Source of the DNA: Octopus bimaculoides
Taxonomy: Eukaryota
Length of the DNA stretch: 64,000 nucleotides
NCBI RefSeq assembly: GCF_001194135.2
Contig: NC_068993.1
Location: 64,670,775-64,734,774 of the forward strand
Direction of reading: 5' to 3'
Shown here: positions 14,375-25,772 of the stretch, one piece after another
How the letters are laid out: every line of letters begins with the position of its first letter
Numbering within the stretch: position 1 is the stretch's first letter
Position numbers and translations under genes: made by a program
The notes under the pieces: model-generated
The model's input: the letters and a program-made list of their open reading frames with translations, nothing else
What the model was told of the DNA's origin: nothing
Databases searched by the model: none

Positions 14375-14640
14375 TATTATTATTATTATTCAGGTCACTG
14401 CCTGGAATCGAACTCGGAATCTTGGGATTAAGAGTGCGGACTACTAACTCCAAGATTCCGAGTTCGATTTCAGGCAGTGACCTGAATAATAATAATAATA
14501 ATAACGTCGAAAAATACCTTACGAATGAGAGTCCAGGTTCGAAATTTTCCACATTACACTTGAAGAAGGCTGGAGGGTATATCAGCTTGAAACGTTGTGT
14601 TAACAACGAACAAGATGAGGACAAATATCCGTCAAAGATT
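14375..14640. mobile_element. Second family A copy, centrally deleted palindrome
   Basis: (TAT)n-CAGGTCACTGCCTGGAATCGAACTCGGAATCTTGG (14375-14430) is inverted against 14443-14503. The right arm continues into the same tail as 25680-25810. Confidence 0.85.
14555..14601 (+). ncRNA. Hammerhead motif variant (family A copy 2)
   Basis: UACAC UUGAAGA AGGCUG-gaggguauau-CAGCUU GAAAC GUU GUGUU. Stem II has 6 bp (one G-U); core position C3 is changed to U. Confidence 0.6.
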
Positions 14641-15611
14641 TTGCAGTTGCTATTTAGTAGGTGTTGAACATAGTCCCAGATTTCCTTTTTTACCCCCAGC
14701 TTGTTCTGGGATTACAATACTGTTAGTGGTACTATGGTTCTGCAGAGACAAGTTGAAGCGGCCAGCGTATATCTTATCATATGATGTTTAGACATACTAT
14801 CGGGGAACAATTTGTAGCTGAGGTGCTTTGGCCATTTTATGGCTTGAGAAAGGTAATAACTGGTGTAAGCCGCATAGGATAACGTGACCTTGAGATTCTT
14901 CCTAAGCAGTATTATTAAATTTCGCTGATAAAATTTCAGGTCTTATCATTCAATATCCTGTAATATGATCTGGAGCAAAGGGATTTCCTGTTGAATATTT
15001 TTCTTAGAATCGTTTCAATTACTGCACCATCGATATTTTAGAATTTTTGTTCAACATGTTTGCAGCATCTCCATTCTAATTCCGTTATTCACACAACTTT
15101 TTAGTTGAATTTATCATACGTATGCATGTATGTATGTATGTATGTATGTTTGCATGTATGTATGCATGTATGCACATACGTTTGAATGTATCTCTGTATA
15201 CATGCATATTTGCATGTATGTATGTATGTATATATGCATCCATGCATATATACATGTATATATCCATGTACGCATGTATGTATGCGTGTATGTATGTATT
15301 CATGTACATATATATGTATGTATGAATGCATGTATATATTTACGCATGTATGTATAGATATATGTGCGAATGTATGCATGCATGCATGTATTATGTGTAC
15401 GTGTATGTGCGTATGTATGAATGTGTGTCTGGATGGATGGATGCGTAGATGCATGTATGTATATATGTCCGTTAGTGTGTGTCTGTATAAGCGTTTAACT
15501 TTCTCTTCAGCATTGATTGATTTTTAGAAATGTAACTAATGATATTGATTATCCTGATTCTTTTTTTTTTCTTTTCTTTATTTTATTTCTTTATTTCTTC
15601 TTCCTCTGAAG

Positions 15612-15764
15612 GTTTTGATCGATCGGGCGAGCTTCTTGATCACAGATGCGGTCAGAGCTCCATCAACGTCAATAACATTGGCCGTTATGCTTACATCTAC
15701 TTCCACACGGACAATACCATCGAACGGGAAGGATTTTCACTGAAGTACAAATCTACCAACAGCG
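15612..15764 (+). CDS. CUB1 exon c
   Basis: Acceptor tttcttcttcctctgaag|GT and donor G|gtaagt; 153 nt, phase 1 to 1. Reads (G)FDRSGELLDHRCGQSSINVNNIGRYAYIYFHTDNTIEREGFSLKYKSTNS, with the CUB CG...F-x-T-D...GF-x-L-x-Y motifs. Confidence 0.93.
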
Positions 15765-15968
15765 GTAAGTCGAAAATGTTTTCCACTCTCAACCGCCAAC
15801 ACTCACCCCCCCCCCCACACACACACACACACAAACCAGCAGTTCCAAAGACACCACTCCCACCACTTTCATGAGCAATATCGTTGCTGCCACAACTACA
15901 CACCTCATGCATCTTTCACAACATTTGTTTGGTCTGATGTTTTATTTGATTGCTTTATATTTTGAGAC

Positions 15969-16088
15969 TTTTTTATTTGCCGAAAATGGTTGATGATGAT
16001 GAGGATAATGGTTGCCGAGGTTAATAGTTTTTTATTTGCCGAAAATGGTTGATGATGATGAGGATAATGGTTGCCGAGGTTAATAGTT
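15969..16088. repeat. Perfect 59-bp tandem duplication
   Basis: ttttttatttgccgaaaatggttgatgatgatgaggataatggttgccgaggttaatag occurs twice, offset by 59 nt. Confidence 0.9.
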
Positions 16089-16883
16089 GTGTGGATGTTG
16101 ACAGCGGCGAGGTTTGGTGTCAGAAGAAACATTGCGGATGGCGTCGTTGTCATCAATATAACCTTTTTTAGCGATATTCTTTTCATCTTTCTAATTCTGG
16201 TTCATATTGATACTATTGTTGTTGTCGATGGTGTCCCCATATTGTTGTTATTGATGTTTTTGTTGTTATCATCTCATCTTCAGTTGCTTGCTGCATCGAC
16301 ATGTATACTTAGATACACATAGTCAAACAGACGCGCACGCACACACACACACGCACGTACACACACGCACACGCACACAAGTACGTACGTACATTCACAC
16401 ACACACACACAAACAAACGTGTATATATATACATATACAGGCAAACACACACGCTATATTATATACTCTTACATAAATTATGAGTGATATTAACTATGCA
16501 GAAACTGGATTATAAATGGAAAGAGAATTTACTCGGAATATATAATTGTACTGAAAGGGATGGAGAGGAGGAGGGGAAGAAGTGAAAGGTATGAGGAATA
16601 GAAGTAAGTAGACACATGGATATGTTAATTTATGTTAATTTATTATTAGATCATACATTACCTTATGAACACATTGGACATTGTATCCGACATTGCTGTA
16701 ATATGCATCTACTGATTGTTGTATTGATTACACTGGGGAACATGAACATGTCAAAGCGAAGAGTAGATTGACTCAGCGAGAAGTGAAGAGATGTCACCAG
16801 GGCAGCAAAATGCTCTACAGCGTTGCCAATAGCGTTACACGGAAACACACGCTGTGACAGGCTCATGAAAGGTACATCTATTG

Positions 16884-16916
<33 letters not shown>

Positions 16917-16965
16917 NNNNNNNNNNNNNNNNNNNNNNNNNNNNNNNNNNNNNNNNNNNNTATAT

Positions 16966-17153
16966 ATAAATTTTAGCATAAAACCTGATATTATGGGGGA
17001 GAGGACAAGTCGATTACATCGACTGCAATAATCATTGATCCCGAAAGGCTGAAATACAAATGGACCTCGGCTAACTTTGAACCTTGTAGAGTTAAGACGG
17101 ACGAAATGCTACTAAGCATATTTCGCTGATGTGCGTCTGCGAGGTCGCCGCCT
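16966..17153 (-). mobile_element. tRNA-derived SINE (same family as 10.3 and 61.4 kb)
   Basis: gtcgattacatcgac...cccgaaagg...ctttgaac...agacggacgaaatg...ctaagca...cgccgcct. Confidence 0.75.
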
Positions 17154-20100
17154 GAACATTGTTATTAATAATACATTATTTTAATAGTACACTGTTGTAT
17201 TTCCCTTAAAAAAGTTGTCACTGTTGCGAAAATAAATTTTCCTTTAAGATGTCTACTGCGTTTTACTAGGTAGAGGGCCTATACCTATTGAATAGTATAG
17301 CTCGTAATCTAAAGGTGTAAAGGAAATGTGTAACTCAGTATTATTCAGTAAGAACACAAGATTCAGGAGATATGAAGAAACATTTTGATTACCATTATTA
17401 TTCGTGATATTCGTCAGTTATAAATGTATGTGTGTTTGTGAGTACGTATATGAAATTAATGAAATAACAACGGAACAGGAATTAGGTAATCGATGTCATT
17501 GGCTTACAGCTGTTTCTGCTTTCAGAAACAGTGAAATCAGAGCTTGAGATGTTTTTTATATAATTCCTGTTCCCTTGTAAGTCCATTAACTTGATATTAC
17601 GCTTAGGGCTTCCCTGACGGTTCAATCTGAAGCATATCAAGGTTGTGTGTGGATATACTTGTAAACTTTTACAAAGAAAAGTTTGACAAATGAATTCGAC
17701 TTTTCACTTGATTTCTTGCATCGGATTTCGAAATCCCTGTCAATATTTTCTTTAAAAAAAAATAAATATGTAGTCTATTAAAAAGTAATAAGTGATCCTT
17801 CAGTTTAATGCAAAAATATTTCGATATATTACTTGACCTAAAAGAGAGAGGGAAAGAGAGAGTGTGTGTGAACGCACGCGCGTGACTTGGCGTAAAAGGA
17901 AACCACACGCAAATATGTATATACTTCTATATATATATATATATATATATATATGAATCGAGAGGGAAGGAGAGGGCAGGCCGAGATACATACACACGCA
18001 CACACACACTCAGAATGGATAACACATCTGGAGTGGCATATGGCCAGGGGTTGAGATGTTGTAAATATAAACCTCTGTATGATTCTGCAACTCACACACA
18101 TGTTATTAGATCTTGTAAATCATGCTTTTCCACATGTGAATCATAATACTGAACGGTCCCACCTACAATACTACTTACACTGCGCAAATACACACAAATA
18201 TAGAGATATTGAAATACATAAAGCGCACACTCTTGCCCACAACGCTATACGCATAAATATATATATAGGTTGGAAGACCATCGCTACTATACGAAGTGAT
18301 TAAGATATTAACTTTTACGCGCACAAACTCATACACATATCTATGTATATTTACGCGCGTGTGTGTGTGTTATACACGTATGTATGTGTGTATATATGAA
18401 AGAAGTGCATTAAACAGTAAATATCGTGGTTAGAATTTGACGTGTTTTCAAATAATCTACTGACTTATCAGATAAATACAACACGACAATAAGCTGTCAA
18501 ATTGAGAAAGATTCCACAAGATCTGAGAATACTTTTAAGTGTTTAATTGATCCAGCTGTTCTTGTGAGATATTACCGAAACCCATAAGATATTTATACAG
18601 TACATTCTATGACATCAATGAACATTCAAAAGAAGATCTTGCGGAGATTTAATGAAAGCGACCCTAGACTCAAGATATTCTCTCGTGATTTATTTGATGC
18701 AAAGAATGATCTACTGAGATATATATATTTTTGAAATGTATTATAATTATGATATCGTGACAGGCTTCCTTTGTGTTAACACTACCACCAACAATAACAA
18801 CAACTGCAAAATGTTTAACAAGAGAAAAGTTGTGATCTCTTACCTATCTTTCTAGCTCTACGAAAGGAAAGTAGGCGTCCATTACTTGTAAATATTTTAT
18901 GGTTAACCTGGACATCCGCATAATTTGAATTTAGACCATGAACGTTGAAAGGGAAAATAATACATAGAAGCAATGTCGAAATAATATATTTTCTATTGTT
19001 GATGTACACAAAGAAGAATTGAGACATAATGAAACTAAACGACAGATGACTGCAAATAGGAGAAAAATTATGATTTTTGTTACACTCGATCAATGCTTGG
19101 GGGCGAAAAATGACCGGCCAACGGTAATAGTTTATCAGTGGATGAGGGAAATGAGAATGTAGTTGTTTGACGAACTGAATGAAATTAACGTGTAAGCCAC
19201 TATTCTAAAGCCGACTCGGCGTGACACAGTGTTTCAAGGCGAGCCCTTTGTATCACAGGCGTCATCTATACTATCTCAAGTACAAAATATAATATCTCCA
19301 GAAAAATATTAAAAAAATATTACAGTACTCTCGAAATAAAATAATCTCAGAGCAAATCAAAGAGATGATATTGAAGTAAAACGTCGTAGTTGTCAATTAT
19401 TTTTAATTGTTTCAACTTAAGATTATTCATTTCAAATCCGAATTCTTTTTATCATTTGACAAAAACCAGTCTGAAAGCAATAATATCTTTTCATGCCAGA
19501 TATGTTATTATCCCATGAGTTGCCAGACAAGGAAGTGAACCAAACCGACATAAATAGTCTCAGGAAATGTATGTATGTGCATTGTCTGGTGTCGAATAAG
19601 GATGGGAAGGCATTCCTGCTCTACGAGATATTCATATTATTTACCACTGAAAATTTAGACATCTTAATTGTACCATGAAGGTGACAGAGACAAAATCAAG
19701 GGCAGCAATGTGAATAGTCAACATTAAAGAATCATTAAAGAACATTTATAAACGTTTATACTGAATGCATAGAATGACCGTACCACAGCAGACTGCAGCG
19801 TCATTTTCGTTAAGAATGATTTCATTGAAACCTGTATGTTTACAATGAAAGTAATTGCGTTTTGCATTTCAAAACCAAAGGATTCTAACGAACTTATGAA
19901 AACGCTTTTGATATTTCTGTAAAATGTCTTCCCGGTCAAAATGAAGCAATAATTTGTTACGCGTTTGACAAAATAGAAGAAATATGGCTTGATTGCTTTG
20001 TTGAATTAATTGGAAAGAAAGGATTTTATTTCCTCCGAATTTATTTGAACTTGCTTCGCGCTTATTTTAATTTGCTCCAATTTTATTTTCAAGCTTATGC

Positions 20101-20779
20101 CATCCTTTCACAAGTCCTGTAATTAATACAATTTAAAGCAAAAAGTAATGGTGCTCTGTCATACCGTTCCGGTTACCTGTGCTGGTAGACAGAGCATGTG
20201 CGGCAATCCATTTCTTCTTTCCAGGGAAAAGAGATACCAATCACTTAAGACAAAAAGAAAAATCAAAACTATTTCATCTTTCTTTTCGTCCATTCCTGCA
20301 CAAATTCCTTAGGCTTGGAGGCATTTTCTATTGTAATACACACCCTCCAAGGTTCTTCCTTTGAATTGAGTTGGCTGATGACAAGTATTTACGTTCTTGC
20401 AATGCTACCAAAATTTAAGTTGCTGCTGTTGCTCCTGGTTGTCCTTGAAGTTCATTTTCGATCCTCAGATTCTCAGATGAATTACAAGTTTTTAAATTTT
20501 ACCATTCTTCTTGCATACCTTTTAAATCTGTCTTGGTGCTTTTCAGCGTTAACCCCTGATGTAGCAACAGTGGTTGCTCGCACCAAAATAGTGTGGGGAT
20601 TCTTTATTACTTGAGGCTAGCACCATTTCTAGCTACCAACACAGGTGGCTATATTCTAATAAACCGAGCAAAATGGATGATTGTCAAAAAATGTGTCAGC
20701 AACAAAATATATATAAGGACAAGCGTTCGACTCTCAAAGCAATGAGTTAGGTGTTCCATATGTAATTTTTGAAATGGTG

Positions 20780-21660
20780 GGGAGGGGATGATTATGACGA
20801 CAACGACGACAACGAACACAATGATGGATGATGAGGATGACGATGATGATAACTATGACGACGACAATGATGATGATGATGATGATGTCAGCAGTGATGA
20901 TGGAAATGCTGTTAGGAGATTTGAAATCATATTGACGATTATAATACTCATGGAATGATCAATATTTCAAGTATAAAATAAGTTCGATGAGTGATCGATT
21001 AGAAAGGAAATGATCAGTTGATATTGATGTAAGATGGTCGACCAGAAGTTGGTAGGGAAGGCGCTTAGTGTGTATTATATTGACTGATTGTCTGCCATGA
21101 AAGATATTTGTAACAATCTCATGTATTTCGAGACAGAATAACTGATGATACGAAAGTCGGGTTATAGTAGGTTATGGCGGTGGCGGTGGTGGTGGTGGTG
21201 GTGGTGTTTGCGGAGGTGGTTGTAATTCCTTCCAGCGGGGTGGCTGACGATGGCTGTGGTTATATTTGCTATTATTAGTTGTAGCGGTGATGCTAGTTGA
21301 TTTGGTGGTAGTAGCTGTAGTCGTAGTTGTTATAGCGGTAGTTGTTGTTTTACTACTAGTAGTAGTAGTGGTGGTGGTGGTGGTGGTGGTACTAGTAGTA
21401 ATAGTAATAGTAATAATAGTAGTAGTAATGGCTACTTTTTGCTGTTGTTGATGCTGTGGTGAGTGGTTGTGTTAGGGATGGTTAGGGCAGAGATTTTGGA
21501 TTTGTGGTGGAAGAGGTGATGGGCGTGAGGTCGATGGTGGTTGTAGTGGAGGAGCTGCGATGGTTGTAACGCGAATAGTGGTGATGGTGTTGGTGGTGTA
21601 TGCTGAAAGTGATTATTATGATTGCAGTATTGCTCAGCGTTTGATAATAACGGTGCTGCT
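20780..21660. repeat. Compound trinucleotide low-complexity tract (GAT/GAC, GGT, GTA, GTT)
   Basis: Visible directly; explains the poly-Val ORF 21266..21451. Confidence 0.9.
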
Positions 21661-22267
21661 GCTGCTCATATCACATCGTGTGATATATGGGAAGAAGACA
21701 GTTTGAAGCAACAGCTATATCATTGTCATTGACAGGCTGACAGGGAAGCACGCAGCTTACACACATTTGACATACATAGTATATACGAACATGAACATAT
21801 ACGTATATAGGAGTGTGTGTGCGTGTTTGTGAGTGTGCATGTGTATTTAGACACATACATTCCTTAATGCATAGAAACAAACGTGCACTTCTTCATCAAA
21901 TAGCCACACATAAATACAAATATTGTATAATATTTAATTGGAAGACGAGTTGTGGGTCATGAGTATAGAAGACGTTTCAATGGTTTGGTAACGGTCGAAG
22001 TACGAGATTTCAGAAGCAGGACACACGTAGTTGTTATAATGACATGGAGCACAAGACACATTCAGCTCGATGCCTGCATGGACGACGGCATCACTCTGCA
22101 ACCTGTCAGCGATCTGGGTCTCTTTCACTTTCTAAAAGGGATTCTAAATGATATTAGTCGAAGTATTGTCATCTATTTCCAAACAAGGAAATTCGGCTGG
22201 TGACGCAGTGCAAGCGCGCGTGTGGTTGTGTGATATATATATATACATATAGTGATATATATATATG

Positions 22268-22326
<59 letters not shown>

Positions 22327-24689
22327 GTGCATAGAATTATTTAACTGGGAGACCTCCGGCACCAAACTCTATCCGGAGACGTCTGGTTAGATATAGTAGA
22401 AACCTGATTGTACTTTGTTATCAATTCACACATAGTTGCTACTCATTAAACGAATTCCTGGCTCAGTTAAGTGAACAAAAGCTTATTAAAGCCTTTCTTC
22501 TAAACAATACACCTTATATAGATATGATCTTAAAACAGATGATAATTTATAAATAACAAACTTTTTATAAGATTACGTATTTCATTCTGGTTGCAAAGAG
22601 ATTTCAGGTTCAATGCAAAATTTATAAGAAAATGTACTTAACAATTTGCTTGGTTCAAATGTGGGCGTTATCATGAATCCACTTCAGCAAGAATTCTTAT
22701 GCATCGTAGCACAAACTGAAATTCCAGCTTTTCAAAGAACAGATTATCAACTAATTTTTTTAGACCATCACCAACTATAATTCTATTCAAAGACTCCGTA
22801 TTCCAGTATTTGTATGTGTTTCTGCATGTGTAGTTTCGTTCGTATCTGTGTATATGGTTTTACATTCAATTATAATTTGTGCACTTGTGTCTGCCGAAAT
22901 GCATAAATATTTCAAAAAGGTAAAAGAGAAGAACTTTGGGCGGAGTCAAAGAACCTAATGAAAAATTGTAGAAATTACCAGTGGTGATATAGCTGTGTAT
23001 TATGCAAATGAGCCAAGTTAGTATACGGCAATCATTATAATACTTAAAACTTTGAAAGTGTGAAAATCTTCAATGATTGATATCTTTTCATTTTTGTAAT
23101 GTTTTTTTTTTTTTTTGCATTTATATATTTATTTATTGTCGCATTACTTTTCGGTTTTGATTTTTAACCAGGTTAAAAGAAAAGGGCCAAACAGGATAAG
23201 TTTCGAAAAGAAGTCATTTCCCCACTTCGATATCAGTTTGATAAGAGTAGTATATTGTGAAAATTGGCTTCTTGTGAATTACTTCAACTATAAATGATAG
23301 GTTATTCATGCCGACCACTAGATGGAGTCATATATATACGTGTGTGAGTCTGTCTGTCTGTGTAATATTAGTTTAAGGGAAAAGTGTAAGAGTGTATGAT
23401 TAATTAAAAATTAATGAAGACCACGCTAATTAATTCAATAAGAAACAATGGAAAAAAGATTAGAAAGCATGAATGGAACAGTTTGAAAGACTTTCAATTC
23501 TTCTCTTTTTTTGTTGTTGTTGTTGTTGTTGTTCACAATGTTTTCCTGGCTTCAAACATCCTCCTCCTCTGGAAATTTATTTATTTTTATTCATTAATTA
23601 CTTCAGTTTTATGATTTCTTTTCACTTAGCTAATCTTTTCACTGATGTTCGCTTGACATTCATCCAAGAATCTGTTATCCTGTCTTTATGCAGTTTATTC
23701 TCTGGATGCTATTCATGGCACAACTGAAATTCATTGTTTTTCCACACAAAGTGAAACACTATCATAGACGTCCCGTTGATATCATTATATTACACGAAAT
23801 ATTGCTAGAACCATTAACTGGAAATCACAGCAGCATCATTTCATTCAAAATGGCTGCTTAGAAACTGTTTGCTGATATCTCCCGCCAATAGAATCATATG
23901 AAGTGAAAGAAAAGTTTGCTTTCAAGAAACATCTGAATGGCTGCAAAATAAAAGAGCAAAGTACTCACAGGTCAGAATTGGTAGTTTAGTTTTAAATATA
24001 ATGCAGCAATCAAAAGGAAGAAAAAGAAGAAATTTCCAAGAGAAGATGAGAAGAACGGTAGTTAATTTACTTCAACACGAAGCCAGGATTTTGTAAGACA
24101 AAATGTGATAAGGACCGTGAAATGTTTTTGGATTTATCTCCAGCATGGTTTCTGCTGTTTCAGCAAATACAATCACTCATTGGTCTGGGACTAATCCCCA
24201 TATTAAATTAAGTTGGGAAAAGATAGCAATGCCATCCAATTGTTTTTTTCAGGTATTCTCATACTTAATTTTCAGTTTGGTGAATTTTGAAAGGCAAAAT
24301 TAATTATCCCGTCCAAAGACTCCACGTGGTCGCGTCAATTAGGCATAAACTGAGAACTTGACAGCCAATATTTCTCTGCTCTATCAGGCTATCCACTGGA
24401 ATCCATAAATGCCATTTTATATCTTGTAATAGAGTTAACTTTGTAGTATTTCCTAACTGGTTTCAATCTTGAATAGGAGAGTAAGCCAATGCATGTAAGG
24501 AAATTACATCGTTAAACAGAGCATTTTTGTTAACCATGTCGTTATTTTCTTTTTCGTACATTTGATGCAATTGAAAGAACAATTTCACGAAAGAAGTAGC
24601 ACAAAACTTCCACAACCAAATGAAGTGTCTATTCTTAAATGATACACACATGTACACATACTTCTACCACACCATATACATACATACAT

Positions 24690-24733
<44 letters not shown>

Positions 24734-24782
24734 TACATGAAAGTCGGTTTTAATCATAATTTAATATAATATTCAGTAGTAA

Positions 24783-24990
24783 ATGGGCGAGCTAGCAAAA
24801 TTGTTGGCATGCTGGCGAAATGCTTAACGGCATTTCGTCCGTGCTTGGTTCTGAGTTCGAATTCAGCCGAGATCAGCTTTGCCTTTTCTGTTTCGGGGTC
24901 AACAAAATAAGTACGAGTTGATCACTGGAATCGATGTAAAAGCCTGCTCCCCTGAACTGCCAATCTTGCTCCAGAATTTGAAATCAATAG
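24783..24990 (+). mobile_element. tRNA-derived SINE (same family)
   Basis: gggcgagctagcaaaa...gcgaaatgcttaacggcatttcgtcc...tgagttcgaattcagccgag...ctttgcc...ggggtcaacaaaataagtac. Confidence 0.8.
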
Positions 24991-25357
24991 GGTTTTGACC
25001 TTGAAATAGAAAATCACTGAATTTATGAAAAATAATAGTACCTTGTAATAGTATAATCACCACAATGCAAGCCAGTATGACAGCCTTTGTCAAACTTCGC
25101 AATCTAACGTAGCATACCTCAGCCTCTTCTGTGTTCCATTTATTTATGATGGTTTGTGAAGGAACTGCTCAGTGATTCTCTCAGTAGTTTCTCTTATTAC
25201 ACAACCATGGCTAGCTCTGATTGGATACACATGTGGTAGAAGTTATTTTTGTTGTGACCAAAATGATTTATTATTCTGACTTAAGTGTTACCTTATCAAA
25301 TATATATACTTTAAAGGCTATAATGTCAAGGAGTTTCACTTTCTATTGTTTGTTGTT

Positions 25358-25403
25358 AACACAGCGTTTCGGCTGATTTACCCTCCAGGCTTCATCAGGT
25401 ATT
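25358..25403 (-). ncRNA. Degenerate hammerhead motif (family A, left arm)
   Basis: Reverse complement reads AAUAC CUGAUGA A GCCUG...CAGCC GAAAC GCU GUGUU. The core is intact, but U16.1 is changed to C (GCU) and stem II has one mismatch. Confidence 0.65.
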
Positions 25404-25726
25404 TTCATCAGGTTCTCATTCCTAACGTATTTTCGATGTCATTATTATTATTATTATTCAGATCACTGCCTGGAATCCAACTCGGAATCTTGGGGTTAGT
25501 AGCTTGCGCTCTTAACCACCACGCCATATGCCCGTGGGCAATTATGGAGTGAATTTTAGGGCTTATAATTGCCCACGGGCATATGGTGTAGTGGTTAAGA
25601 GCGCGGGCTACTAATCCCAATATTCCGAGTTCGATTCCAGGCAATGACATGAATAATAATAATAATAATAATAATAACATCGAAAAATACCTTAGGTATG
25701 AGAATCCAGGTTCGAAAATTCCTCGA

Positions 25727-25772
25727 GACACCTGATGAAAGCTGGAAGGTATATCAGCCGAAACGTTGTGTT
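25727..25772 (+). ncRNA. Minimal type I hammerhead ribozyme motif (family A, right arm)
   Basis: Stem I GACAC/GUGUU; core CUGAUGA 25732-38; stem II GCUG/CAGC; GAAAC 25760-64; cleavage triplet GUU 25765-67; loopless palindromic stem III (AACGUU). Read by eye; activity untested. Confidence 0.75.

Noticed and set aside
18815-19093. Minus-strand ORF with FTSNGRLL (CUB-like) and an ag|gtaaga donor
   Set aside because: Wrong strand for the gene, no Cys/GF/SD CUB motifs, and no partner exons.
19724-20260. Helitron-like words GLPHMLCL and TGKTF on the minus strand
   Set aside because: Only ~270 nt apart, far less than Rep-to-helicase spacing, and the surrounding residues do not match.
23800-24450. 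Possible Gypsy integrase remnant (SWEKIAM...)
   Set aside because: Only vague similarity; no recognisable HHCC or DDE motifs by eye.
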